From positions 14,198,001 through 14,262,000 of the forward strand of contig CM022671.1 in NCBI GenBank assembly GCA_012295275.1: 64,000 nucleotides of DNA, in the 5' to 3' direction. Numbering within the stretch: position 1 is the first letter of the stretch; the number at the start of each line of letters is the position of its first letter. Below the pieces are notes generated by a model. That model had not been told where the DNA came from. It ran no database searches and saw only the letters and a program-made list of their open reading frames with translations. This document shows positions 1 through 13,300 of this stretch, in pieces. The position numbers and the translations under genes are program-made. This DNA comes from Chrysomallon squamiferum. Taxonomy: Eukaryota > Animalia > Mollusca.

Positions 1-65
1 TATTTTGGAGGGTCTCCTATGTTTTTTTAACTTACAGTTTAAATTTATTTAATTTTTTAATTCAG

Positions 66-178
66 AATTTCCTTTGGTGTATGTGGTCGGTTCACAGCAG
101 CAGAAATCATGTCATTTTGTATGTCTTTTATCATTGTCTGCATCTGGATACTGACTGGACACTGGCTACTCATGGACG
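66..178 (+). CDS. SPPL3: SPPL3 exon ([17 protein letters not shown]...GHWLLMD)
   Basis: ttcag acceptor, gtgag donor; in frame. Confidence 0.93.
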
Positions 179-1771
179 GTGAGTTATCTTGTCCATCAGC
201 TTCTCCTTTATTCTCTGCCTGCTATCAGTTCTATGTAAAACAGTTTAGTAACTTTTACATGACAGTTTCTGGTCAAGTTTCAGTTTTGCTTGTTAGTTTT
301 AATCGTAGTTATGCAAATGTACATATTTACTTTGACTTTAATATTACACATCAAACCCTGCTTGGAGAAAACATTTTATTATTATTATAATACAAAAAAA
401 TATACACTGTAACTTGTTTGTGTTACATTGTTATATAAATGTATTACACTGATGTTACTGTGTAGTACAGAACACTATCAATCTGTGTTACTAATTATCA
501 GTTTATTAACACTCAGTATTACAATGTATCTCAATTCTGTTTCAGCTTTAGGAATGGGTCTCTGTGTGGCGTTTATAGCACTGGTTCGACTACCCAGTTT
601 AAAAGTGTCTACCCTCTTACTCATAGGATTACTGATCTATGATGTATTCTGGGTAAGTACATTGTTATTTTTATGTTATAAATTTATGTTACAGGCATGA
701 AAAAGATATTCCCATGAATATTGGTAAATAGTGTTTATTACATTAGAGTGAGACCAAAGTCTAAAATTAAAAATTAAATAAAATTAAATAAAATTAAATA
801 AAAATTCTCATTTGTATTTGAATTATTATTTATTTTTCTATTACTTAAGTATATTTATAATTATGTTTGTATAATGTAAAATTATTATTATTATTATTAT
901 TATTTTTATTTTTTTTATTTTTTATTTTTTATAAACAAGACAAACAATTTAAAAAAAAATAACGAGTACAATTTTCTAAAAAAATTTTTTAATCCAATTG
1001 TTAACTTTCGTTTTCAGGTGTTTTTCTCCTCCTATATATTTAGTGCCAATGTGATGGTTAAAGTTGCCACCCGACCAGCAGAAAATCCTGTAAGTTTATT
1101 CATCTGTTGTCAGTTATAAATATTATATTTATATAATACCTTAGTACAGGTAGATTTCAAACATTCTGTAGCAGTAACAAGTAATGCTATATGCTTGAAA
1201 CAAATTTTTACAGGTGTTTTTTTTTTAATATTTAGTTTAGCATTTGTTTAGTTTAGTTTTGTTCTGTTAATTTTATTATCTCAGTATGCTATTTGTGAAC
1301 TTAATTAATTCAAACATTATTTTATTTTATTTTCTTTTTTAATTTTTATTTTTCTTGTGCTGGTTTATTTGGCATTGTTAACAAATAACCACTAATGAAT
1401 TTAATAAGAAGGCCATAAAAAAGAAATTTTTATTTTTTATTTATAGTTTTATCTTATAAGTACTCCTAATGAAATTACACAAAACACTTAATAATGGCCT
1501 TTAATTAAAATTTCACTGGAGTCAGTTTCAGTTTTCTCTGTCACTTCCTCTCGTGTGATGTTAATTATTATGTCCCCAGTCACTGTACCTGGATCTCAAA
1601 CATTGCCTCAGTGCTTAACCTGCCTGCTCTTCATTGCAGGTTGGCTTGTTTGCCAAAAAGTTACATTTAACCGGGTTGATGAGAGACGCTCCCAAACTTT
1701 CTCTGCCTGCAAAACTAGTTTTCCCAAGGTGAGAATCTTCGTTAAAAACATATATATACATATATACATAA

Positions 1772-1858
<87 letters not shown>

Positions 1859-2418
1859 ATATAAATTTACTGATAAACAGCTGATTACAGTTATCTCACC
1901 TGTTTATTACAACTGCATATTATAGAATTTTTGCATTTAGTCTGAAGTAAAATGTTTATTTCTTTACAATTTATTACTATTTATGTATTTACAATTGTTG
2001 TTATTATTTATTTATTTATTTATTTACAGTTTATTGTTATCATTATTTTTATTTATAATTTATTATTATTATTTATTTATTTACAGTTTATTATTATTAT
2101 TTATTTATTTATTTACATTTATTGTTATTATTATTTATTTTATTTACAATTTATTATTATTATTATTATTTATTTATTTCTTATTATTATAATAAATATG
2201 GAAATAACTTTTATGATAATTACTTCTTTTTTTTCATTTGATATTTATTTTCATATTCCTTTGCCTGCATTTAATTCATGTATATGTATTTTTTTTTACA
2301 AATGTTTATTTGTGAAATTATAAAAATAATACTGTTAATTTTGAAATATGTATATTCAAAGAGCATTTCAGTTATATTTTCATATAAATTTTTATTTTTT
2401 TATTTTGATTTAATATTA

Positions 2419-2483
<65 letters not shown>

Positions 2484-3779
2484 TCAGTTCTCAAAATGCC
2501 AGTCATTTTTCAATGCTTGGATTAGGAGATATAGTAAGTAGCTTTGACACAATTTCATTTGATTTTTGCAACAATTTGTTAATTTATGTTTTTCTTCTAT
2601 TTTAATCTGTGTGAATGGACTGAGGTATCCAAACCTTTCTGTTCTCAATGTCCACAACTTCTGAATTACTTTTACAGGAGGTCTTATATTGTAAATTAAA
2701 TAGTTACAGACTCAGTTCTGATTACTGATCTGTTTTGAAACTTTTCATTTTCATAATTCCTAGTTCTGTTTTATTTTTTATTATTATTAAACCAGGTAAT
2801 GACAGGTATACTCATTAAATAATTTAATGTCAGGTGTATTGTGTGCTGTTCTGTTATTAAATCGGCTAATGACAGGTATACAGTTACAGGTAATGACAGG
2901 TATATTGTTTTCTTCTGTTATTAAACTAAGCTAATATCAGGTATGTTGTATCTTGTTATTAAACAGGTAATGTCAGGTTGTATGTTATGTTTTGTTATTA
3001 AACAGGTAATGTCAGGCTGTATGTTATGTTTTGTTATTAAACAGGTAATGTCAGGTTGTATGTTATGTTTTGTTATTAAACAGGTAATGTCAGGCTGTAT
3101 GTTATATTTTGTTATTAAAACAGGTAATGTCAGGTTGTATGTTATGTTTTGTTATTAAACAGGTAATGTCAGGTTGTATGTTATATTTTGTTATTAAAAC
3201 ATGTAATGTCAGGCTGTATGTTATATTTTGTTATTAAACAGGTAATGTCAGGTTGTATGTTATGTTTTGTTACTAAAACATGTAATGTCAGGCTGTATGT
3301 TATATTTTGTTATTAAAACAGGTAATGTCAGGTTGTATGTTATGTTTTGTCATTAAAACGTATAATGTCAGGTTGTATTTTGTTATTAAACGTGTAATGT
3401 CAGGTTATATTTTGTTATTAAAACAGGTAATGTCAGGTTGTATTTTATGTTTTGTTATTAAAACGTGTAATGTCAGGTTGTATTTTGTTATTAAACAGGT
3501 AATGCCGGGTCTGTTGTTGTGTTTTGTGTTGCGCTACGACACATACAAGAAGCTGCAGACAGCGTCAGTGGAGGCGGGGGTGCCCCCCCCTCTAACCTAC
3601 GTGCAGAGAATCACCTACTTCCACTGCTCACTTTTAGGATATTTCCTTGGTAAGCTTCATTTTCTTCAGTTCTCTTCTACATAGTTTCAGCACTTACCAT
3701 TTCAATTTTGTTATAATATTAATTTTTATTTATTTATTTATTTATTTTATTATTTTGTTTTATGTAGAATTATTGTTGA

Positions 3780-3814
<35 letters not shown>

Positions 3815-5257
3815 TAGTAATAGTTTTAATATTTTTTCTTTTGATTTCTAGCTAATGAAATATACTTTTTTTATTCTTACAATTATATGTAAATAAAATA
3901 CATCACAAAAACTCACAAACAGCAACTACAGATGTTTTATGTGCTAACTTACTTTTAATATTACTGTGTACAATTGTGATGATATTGTGAATGCATACAT
4001 CACAGTCAGGAGTTTGTTAAATAACAAAGAACACAAAAACTCACAAAAAACGTTGCAGTTTAAAAGTAAATGTTTTTGTTTCAGGTTTACTGACAGCCAC
4101 CGTCTCGTCGGAAGTGTTCAAAGCTGCCCAGCCCGCGCTGCTGTACCTCGTCCCCTTCACCCTGCTTCCTCTGCTCTGTATGGCTTACCTCAAGGTAGTA
4201 GTTTTACATGTACAGCTCAGTAGATTTACATGTACAGCTTAGTAGTTTTACATTTACTGTTCAGTAGTTTTACATTTACAGTTCAGTAGTTTTACATTTA
4301 CAGCTTAGTAGTTTTACATTTACAGTTCAGTAGTTTTACATTTACAGCTTAGTAGTTTTACATTTACAGTTCAGTAGTTTTACAGTTACAGCTTAGTAGT
4401 TTTACATTTACTGTTCAGTAGTTTTACATTTACAGCTTAGTAGTTTAACATTTACAGTTCAGTAGTTTTACATTTACAGTTCAGTAGTTTTACAGTTTAC
4501 AGTTTAGTAGTTTTACATTTACTGTTCAGTAGTTTTACATTTACAGTTCAGTAGTTTTACATTTACAGCTTAGTAGTTTTACATTTACAGTTCAGTAGTT
4601 TTACATTTACAGTTCAGTAGTTTTACATTTACAGCTTAGTAGTTTTACATTTACAGTTCAGTAGTTTTACATTTACAGTTTAGTAGTTTTACATTTAAAA
4701 CACATATTTCATCAAGTCATATCAACCTTTACACTTAAAACATAAAGTAATTTAATTTTACATTTCAAATATTTGTCTGTCTTTAGGTTTAAAACATGGT
4801 TTTTTATCTAGTTTTTTTCATTTATCTGCCTTTACATTTAAAACATGGTTTTTGATCTAGTTTTACATTTCAAATACTCAACTGTTTACTTTTCATTTAA
4901 AATATATTATCCTGTTTTTCCATAGCTAAATTAAAAAAAATTAAAAATAAAAGAAATAAAGTAATATAGTCTTTATTTTCTTTCATCTGATTCTTGTTTT
5001 GGTATAAAAAAGTAGGTATTTTTTTATTTAGTGCTAAAAACATTTATTTTGCATTTACGATAAATAATTAGATAATGAGAAAAATTCAAATTTGGTTTAG
5101 TATTTGTGATTATATCTTACTGATTTTTCAGATTTTGAAAAAGTGTTTTGTTTATAAATGATGATAAATAATAAAAATATTTTTACAGGGTGATTTGAGA
5201 CGGATGTGGTACGAACCTTTCATAGCAGTGCTTCCACCCAAACACCAGGAAGTGTAG
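66..5257 (+). CDS. SPPL3: Signal peptide peptidase-like 3 (GxGD intramembrane aspartyl protease), 3' part; 8 coding exons in window, 5' exons upstream of the window
   Basis: Exons 66-178, 546-652, 1018-1089, 1640-1728, 2488-2533, 3499-3649, 4085-4194 and 5189-5257 have AG/GT boundaries and compatible phases. The spliced protein contains [17 protein letters not shown] (YD catalytic Asp), [12 protein letters not shown] (GxGD), QPALLYLVP (PAL motif) and GDLRRMW..EV*, closely matching recalled vertebrate SPPL3. Confidence 0.97.
546..652 (+). CDS. SPPL3: SPPL3 exon ([36 protein letters not shown])
   Basis: ttcag / gtaagt; carries the YD motif. Confidence 0.95.
1018..1089 (+). CDS. SPPL3: SPPL3 exon ([24 protein letters not shown])
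   Basis: ttttcag / gtaagt. Confidence 0.95.
1640..1728 (+). CDS. SPPL3: SPPL3 exon ([29 protein letters not shown])
   Basis: ttgcag / gtgag. Confidence 0.93.
2488..2533 (+). CDS. SPPL3: SPPL3 exon ([15 protein letters not shown])
   Basis: tttcag / gtaagt; GxGD motif. Confidence 0.95.
2783..3527 (+). repeat. 39-bp minisatellite built from the SPPL3 acceptor plus the exon start
   Basis: Unit TTGTTATTAAACAGGTAATGTCAGGYTGTATGTTATGTT; about 14 regular copies from about 2950, degenerate copies from about 2783; the final copy is the true acceptor and exon start. Confidence 0.95.
3499..3649 (+). CDS. SPPL3: SPPL3 exon ([14 protein letters not shown]...[11 protein letters not shown])
   Basis: aaacag / gtaagc; the acceptor is the last unit of a tandem array. 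Confidence 0.93.
4085..4194 (+). CDS. SPPL3: SPPL3 exon ([37 protein letters not shown])
   Basis: tttcag / gtagta; QPALLY motif. Confidence 0.95.
4197..4697 (+). repeat. 22-bp minisatellite beginning immediately after the donor GT (4195-4196) of the last SPPL3 intron
   Basis: Unit AGTAGTTTTACATTTACAGTTC with variants (CTT, CTG); about 23 copies. Confidence 0.95.
5189..5257 (+). CDS. SPPL3: SPPL3 terminal coding exon ([22 protein letters not shown])
   Basis: ttttacag acceptor; TAG at 5255-5257. Confidence 0.93.
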   Translation, partial: GDLRRMWYEPFIAVLPPKHQEV

Positions 5258-6328
5258 TTTTTAAAAAGAAGAAAGAAAAAAAGAAAGAAAAAATGGCTAA
5301 ATGGAAAGGCACAGAAGAAGAAAGAAAGTGAAATAAAAGTTTTAAAAGTTGTGTTTTATGAAATGGTGGCATCTTTTAGGGAAGATGTGTCTGGAGTTGT
5401 ATTTACATACTGACCGACTATCCTGATCAGCTGATTCTCTCTCAGTGGTGAATGGAAATTCATGAGACAATACTTGATTGAGAAGTCTGCAGATTAGTAA
5501 TGTATACGTGTTGGTGAAAGTGACATCAGTGTGTAGCTAATCAGTTCTGTTTCCATGTGGTGTGGTTAGTGAGTATATCCTGAGTTTGGATTTCACTGTT
5601 AGGAGAAAGAGTATGTAGGAACAAACCTGACACCAGATTTCAAAGTGTTGAGTCTCACACTTCCAGAGTATCTTTATAAAAGGTGTTGCATATTTTGGCC
5701 AGGCTGTTTTGTCATCAAATGACTACAATTGTTGTTTTAATAGAAGGTGTTTAGAAGTGTTTACGTTGTAAAGAGATATTTTTGATGAAGACATCTAATG
5801 TATCTGCCGCAGACGTTGGTGGACGACATCGGTGTATATGACCACTCATGTCACGTCAACAGTTACTGCTCTATTTATTATTATCATTAATCAGTTTTTG
5901 TTGCTGAGAATTGAAGAATATTTGTATGTGTAATGGCAGATTCCATTCTTATTATCAGTGGTATTTTGTGTTTTCACACTGTTTAGTGTAACCAGTCAGT
6001 ACGTTTTTTTTAAACATTTAAAAACAGCCATGTTTGAGTGATGTGAAGTTGAAGTTTACGTTGGTTTCTCTCTTAACAGGCAGCTGTCAGTTTCTTTCTT
6101 CTTCTAAGACATGTTTTTAATTAATATTTTATTAATAATATGTTTAATAACCTTTTCAAATCAGGCTGACATTTTTATTCATTGATTTAATAAAAAAAAA
6201 TTATTTTGTAAGACACTTCTACTTTCAGAGAATATTTGTACTTGCCAATAATCATTTTTCTGTTTGAAGATTTTCTTTTAATATTGGAACTAATAGATTA
6301 CTTTAGAAATTGTCATTATTTATCACAC

Positions 6329-6388
<60 letters not shown>

Positions 6389-9300
6389 TAAAGGAAATTT
6401 TAAAACATTCTGTTCAGAAAATCATTATTTTTAATTCAGTTCTAAATGTGTATAAAACTAAATTTGAAACTTGCATAAATCTCAACCTTTTATTATGTAA
6501 ACTTCACCTTCATGTTACTTTTATAAGCTACATTTTTATTTTTTATCAATCATTCTGTCAGAGATCATGTCATTTGTATTCATCGTCATACATCAAGTAC
6601 AGGGTGAATGGCATCTACACTCAAATTACATGTTATAGACGTAAAAAGTCAGACCAAACTCAGATAAATTCTCATTCATTTTCACTCCCATCCATTCACA
6701 TTTTCTCTCTCACAACAACAACAACACACACACACACACACACACACTACACAATACATACTATTCATGCCAATTTAAAATGTTTGTCTATTAAAGTAAA
6801 ATTTGAATTTATTTCTAAATAACTTTTAGATCCAAAATGTTATAAACTATATGTAATTCACAGATGACTGTATTTCCTATAAAAATAAATATCAGCCATT
6901 GTGTATACAAGATTCAAATTAGTTTTAAAGTTTGCACTATCTGCTTTCTAATTAAATAACTTATTTTACAGAGGATCTACATGTGATATAATCTCTATGA
7001 CAGAATATAATTTTTAAAAAGAAATAATAAAACTAATTATACATTACATGTTAGTTGAGTAGCGTATTCTCTCACTTACAAAGGCATGCAGTTCTAAGTT
7101 AAATAGACCTTCTTTACGTCACCTGGACATGCCTCAGACTTTGATTGCATTAGAACAAACAATACAGGAAAGAATTTCAGTTTCCATTGCTTAGAAAGAC
7201 ATGCTTTTTTGATAAGCAAGTGAAAAAGACTGTTTCTGAAGAATAGGGGCATACCATTGTAAGTAAGGGAATGCAGTACAAGACTGCACTGTTCAGTCAA
7301 GATTCATATCATTCTTTGTATCGGGTAGTGTGAGAGACCACTGATGTGTACCAGTGTTTCTGTTTTTAAATTAACTCTTCTCAGATTTGATGGGCAAGGT
7401 ACAACAATGATATCAGCATTTATATCTGTGTGTTGCCTTGTTACATGTGAATTTTCCAATCCAGTAGAAAACTTTTTTTCCCCTTTTTTAATTTAATTTT
7501 TTTGGTTTTTTTGTTTTGATTTTGCATATGTGTCAGAAGGCTTGACATCTATGATTTATATTTATTTAGTGTATATGAAAGTAGCTATGGTTTGATTTGG
7601 TATAAATAACTTGTAACAGGAAATGTTCAAGTGATTATGTAATGAAGACACTGGCTTTCTGTTGGGATTGGATAATAATGACATAAAAATTCAGAATAAT
7701 GCCCAGAATAGTTTTATTTATTTTATGTAAAAGTATCTGAAATATGAGTTATTACAGATATAGATGTTTAATTTCAGTAATTTGGTCACTAGTTTACAGT
7801 TTGGAAATTTAGATAACTAATCATGAAAAAGACTGTTATTTAATCAAATGGAGCTAGACTGATAGATTTGGAAATTAAGTATTTCATAAAACTTGCTTGC
7901 CAAGTTATTGTGCTTAGAAGTTCAGGTCAAAAGTATGAAATAGACTATTATTTTAATTTTCAGTCTCAGTTTGATAGATTTGGGAATGATGCATTAATAA
8001 GACTTTCTTGTCAAGTTATTACCTTGTAAGAACTGTACTGTGCACAACACAGCACAACATCCTACAGAATGGTTTTATATCAGCCATCACATTTTAACTA
8101 TGTCGTAACTGTTTCTATTATTTTGGTCCTTTTAATGGAAATAGTAGTCTTTCAGCTATTGGCCTAAAATTTAAAAAAAAAAATCATTTTATAAAATCAT
8201 TGCACATTTTGGTTTGGTTATGATTTAGCAACACACTAAAAGTCATTAATAAAATTAAGAAAAAAGAACTGGATGCCTTGCAAAGAAAGGATCATTTCTG
8301 TTTAGCCACTGAAGTTAATTTACACAGCATTAAGTATCAAACATTTAATTTAGTACGCTGGTGTATTACTTCACTCTTACAATATGATGACTGGACATTT
8401 TCTTTGTATTGATATATATTCAGTTTTGGAGTATAGTCAAGATTTTTTTCTAGTCAAAATGATTTGGCTTTATGCACAGAATATTCTGTATTTTACCTCT
8501 TGTTATCTGCATTACACAAGTCTCTTTTACATTTAGTTGAATAATTTTTGAATAATCATTTTACGTTTAGTCGAATCATTTTTGAATAATCTAAAATGAG
8601 TAAATTACCAAAGTAAAAAAAATAGGTCATCAGAGAGATTAAAGTGACTTGAAGGAATGTGATGTTTTAGAACATAATATAGTTTCTGAATTTTCATCAT
8701 ACTGGTTTTACAAAAGTTGCCAATAGAAATTGGATAAAAGCATAATTTCATGATACAAATGTATATTTAAATTATTGATCTATCAATATTTTTGGAACTT
8801 TCCATTTTTTTTTTTTGTAAAATATATATTTGTAAAACAAACACAATATTATTTTTTTCTATAATCATAAATAAAAAAATCTTCTGATTTTTTTAGTTTA
8901 AAACTAATATTTTATAGACTTTTGTGTATTTTCCCTTCCATTTTCATTTGTTAGCAAAGGTGGGTATGGTAAAATAAAATAATTAAAGTGAATTTATTTT
9001 CTAATGTGATGGAAACGTTTATTTTGTTTCATTATTGTCAAATCGCTTTGTACTGTATTTACTTATTGAGCTGGCCAGTAATGTATCTTGACATTTTACT
9101 CTTTAAACTGTTTTTACTACTTTTTATCTATTTATTGTGTGAGTTGGGGGTATGACATGAATGGAGGTAATTTTTGACTTAATGTGTTTGTAAAAACTCT
9201 AACGTGACAGTTATTTAATAACCTTCATCAATAATGCAATTTATATTTCTTGCAGAGCTGAGGCTTAAAAAAAATTAAAAAAATATTAAAAAAATTAAAA

Positions 9301-9554
9301 TGATCAAAGTGGACAGAATATTAGAAATATTTTGCAGAAAATTGTTTCATTTTTGAATTATTTAAAAATAATATTTCTACCATCAGGTAAGGTTAAATAA
9401 CTGACAGTACAAAATAGTGCTGTGAAATGTTGAGAAGTTCCTCCAGTTTCTGAGTTTGAAATGAGATACTGCACAAAGGTTACGAGAGTGTGTGTGTCTG
9501 TGTGTGGTACGAATGTTCTATACATCCTCATCACCATTGTGAACATCGTCATTC

Positions 9555-9560
9555 AATAAA
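9555..9560 (+). promoter_or_regulatory. Candidate SPPL3 polyadenylation signal
   Basis: AATAAA followed by a T-rich tract (tgcttttgttcatttctttcttct); would imply a 3' UTR of about 4.3 kb; other AATAAA hexamers exist upstream. Confidence 0.3.
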
Positions 9561-9795
9561 ATCATTTGAAATATATGCTTTTGTTCATTTCTTTCTTCTT
9601 TAATATCAGTAATTCTGTCACCTAGATTGATTTTTTTTAAACGAAAAAGAAAAATTCTATAATGAATGAATCTTCAAGGATTTACTTTCCAAATAACAAA
9701 ATTTAGAATAAGATTATTGAATAAAAATTTACAACTTTTCTCCTTGAAGTTATTGTAGATATCAGAATGAAGTATTGTTAAAATAATCATGAATA

Positions 9796-9801
9796 TTTAT
9801 T
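9796..9801 (-). promoter_or_regulatory. Candidate ERAL1 polyadenylation signal
   Basis: tttatt on + equals AATAAA on -, about 400 nt past the ERAL1 stop. Confidence 0.3.
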
Positions 9802-10193
9802 TCTGTGTAATGAACATGCAGTGAATATAGGAATACTTCAGCATTTTGCTTTTAAGTTTTATGTACAAAGAAATACTGGCGTGTGTGTGTGTGCGACATT
9901 TACACAGATACACATAAAATACCAATTAGTTAAAAATTAAAACAGAAAAACCATTAATTACTACAAACATACAACAAACGGTTTTTGTTTAAATATGTTT
10001 CAGTTTTATCTTGTAAAATAGCAACTTGAGGATACACCCACATCTATAAACCTGCCACAAAAAGCTCATTTCTATCTGACATACAGCATTTGGTGTAATA
10101 AGTCATGTTCAAGTAGCCAAGACCTGCCTTTAAAAGCAATTTACACATGATAATCTCCTGTATAAATTTCTTTTTCACGTAATTATTTCAAAT

Positions 10194-10322
10194 TTATCGT
10201 TTGTTTTCAAGCTTAGCTTCCAGTTTGAGTCTCATTTCACAGCGGAATGCATTCATCAGCTCCTGTTTGGCCTCCTCTGCTATCTGACTTATGGTTGCTC
10301 CTTTAGGGCCAAGCAAGTTTAC
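10194..10322 (-). CDS. ERAL1: ERAL1 exon 11 (VNLLGPKGATISQIAEEAKQELMNAFRCEMRLKLEAKLENKR*)
   Basis: tgcag acceptor; TAA at 10196-10194. Confidence 0.94.
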   Translation of the reverse strand, partial: VNLLGPKGATISQIAEEAKQELMNAFRCEMRLKLEAKLENKR

Positions 10323-13300
10323 CTGCACACAAAACAATGATGAATATTTCATTCAGAAAATAACTAAAATTGTAGGCATTATTATTATCAACTTGTGAAA
10401 AAGGTTTTGTTATCCTAATTTATTTCCATAATTACAAATTATTTATCAAGACACTTTCAATAAATACAACATAACATATATTCCATACCAAAACTTTGGT
10501 TTATTTTTGTGAGTAATATTTATATTCAGATAAACTGAAATATTTCTGGTACAGAAATTAAAATATGTGCAAAGGGAAATAACTGCGATAAAACTTACAA
10601 AGTAGTAACGATCTTTTGTAGAAATATACATGATGATGTTTAACACCCCATCGGAATCAACCTCCCAGTGCATTATCTCCTGCAAACAGTAACCACTTGT
10701 TATACTGCGTCCATTTATAGTATGTTTGTGAATAAACAGGCAACATTTTCTGTATTTCATGTCAGCTAATTTGAAACCATTCAACACATCTAGCTTTTCA
10801 CATTTATGTTACAAAAGTTGTGTATATAAACAAACACACACACACACACATGCAAATATACACACAGTCTTATTAAACTCCTTATGTTACCTTTTTTTTT
10901 AATCTCAACTATTTAAAACAAATTAAAATTGTAAATTTAAAAAAAAAAAAAAAAAAAAATGAAAATAATCATCAAATTTTCCCAGTAATAATAATTTACT
11001 GAATACAGCTTGTTTTAATAAACTGTAAGGAATTTTGAATTTTCTTAGACATTAAATTAAGAACAGAATGCAGAAGATGAGTGAGGTTGTACCGGGTAGA
11101 GGTGGTAGGGTACTTCTCGTGGTAAATGTTGCAGTATTTTCTCCCAGACGTAAGTACATGCTAGCTGAAATGGGTCTTGGTCTGTCACCAAACTGCTGTG
11201 GAACTCCCAGTCAGCCGGCCTTGCCTCGCTCTGCAGGTAACCCTGAAACAGTTTTGTTTTTTTGAGTAACAGCAAACTGAACATACTGTCAAATGACATA
11301 CCTATTGTTTAGTTGATTTAAAAATTTAAAATCCTAATTATATGAGAAAAGAATACAAGATAATCAATTGCATATCACATTTTGGACACCATATAAAAAA
11401 AGGAAATGTTTTGAGGAAGATGAGAAACAAGAGGAATGAACTAGATGAGTACTGGAAAGGAAGTCAGGAAGATAATATAACAACATGCTGATGTGCTGAG
11501 ACTTTTGTCCATTATAAGGACACACAGATGGATTATTCTGATTATGATGATGAGAAGAGAATAAAATTTAATAAAATTAATTTGTGAGAGTAAGTCCTTA
11601 GTCATATATATCAATATAACTTTTAAAATTTTAATTAAATGTTTGTAATGAATATAAAATAATGCCAGAACTATTAACAATAACTTGAAAAAAAAAAAAA
11701 AAAAAAGATTATACAAAACAGAGATAACTGCTAATGTATGACCCTGATTCAGTGATTAAATATTATTTGGGGACACAAACTTCGTTTTGATAATTCTTCA
11801 GCCTCTATTTTACATGATAATAAAACCGTCTCAAACTCATCTTTTAAAGAACAATGATGAAACTCACTCTGAGCTCATCAACTCCATCTCCAGTCAAAGC
11901 GGAAACCATGAACACACTGCTGAAACCTGGCCAGCTGTTCTTGTTTCGAATTTTAAATCTGACCTGTCGTCTTTTCTCATAATACTCAGTCCATCCACTC
12001 TGAGTTACAGAGTTTTCCTTCTTCTTGTAGGCAACTGGGATCAAGTGTCGACTGCTGAAGTCTTCAGTGTCTGACACGCTCTGTCTGTCAGAGTTGTCTG
12101 CAGAATGTTCACCATCAGATAACTCAGATCTGTCTGACTCATCATCACCTGATTGCTCACTGCCCCCAGTACTGTACTTCCTGAGAATGTCTTCCAGTTT
12201 CTGTCTCTGGTTTGATTGTTTCTTTGTCTGATCACCAGCAGCGTGGCCTCCAACAACACCACCGGTGAGACTTCGCGTCATCTGCAACAGCATGCTCTTC
12301 TTCTTCAACAGGTCTACCTGTTTTCAGAAGTAAACTAAATTATTCTGTGATGATAAAACAACAGCTTCTTGTTTTAATGATATGTTATTTCATAAATACA
12401 AATACTAGATGATGCACATTGTGAATTTACACTTGCTCCAGTCTGACTGGGATGTTTTACAAAACAGAGTTAATAGTATTTCAATTTTATTGCATATAAA
12501 ACAATATATAAAACAATAAATTAAATTAAAAAATAAATAATAAAACACAAAATTTAGTAATGAAACAAAGAAGAGTAAGAGAAATATACTGCAAACATTT
12601 ATTTACATAAAAAGTAATTTAAAAAGTTAAATTTCCAACACTAAAAGCAGCAGTTACCATTTCATAAACACCACACAGAAATACCTATAAAGACTGTGTC
12701 TGCACAAACCTGAAGGAATTTTTCGTAAATTTATCCTTTTACTGACAAACATTAATAAACAAAGAAAGAAATAAAATAAATAAATTATAATGAGAATAAT
12801 GGTTAAAAATGAAGTATTTTCTGAAATGTTATAATAGATTTTAGATTTTTGAATCCAGCACCATTAGGTTACCAGTAACATACCTAATACAGTTTTAAAT
12901 TAACATATTACCTGGAGTCTGTAAAATTATCTGCCTGTTATTGCTCACCTTGTTCAGGATGAGGATAGAGGGTAGATCAGAGTGAAGATGGAGAATTTGT
13001 AACACAAGTGGATCAAGCTGATTTCTTGTCCAGATGTTGGACACATCATGTAAAACAGCAACTGAAGAAATATACAACATGAACTTCTTCAAAATTATTT
13101 TATATCTGTTATGTGTTCTGAATTGTTTCTTAATTATTTATTATTGTTTTATTTAGGTTTACTGATTTATTGTTGTTTCTGTTAATGTAGGTAGTAACAA
13201 TTGTCAGAATTGGTCTGTGAAAAGATTAGAGAAAATAATTTATGGATTTTTAAAATATATTTTACTGTAGAGATTCTTAATCTTCAACATGACCATTGTC

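Noticed and set aside
2943-3158. ORF of repeated [13 protein letters not shown] as an independent gene
   Set aside because: It is the translation of the 39-bp intronic array, not a separate CDS.
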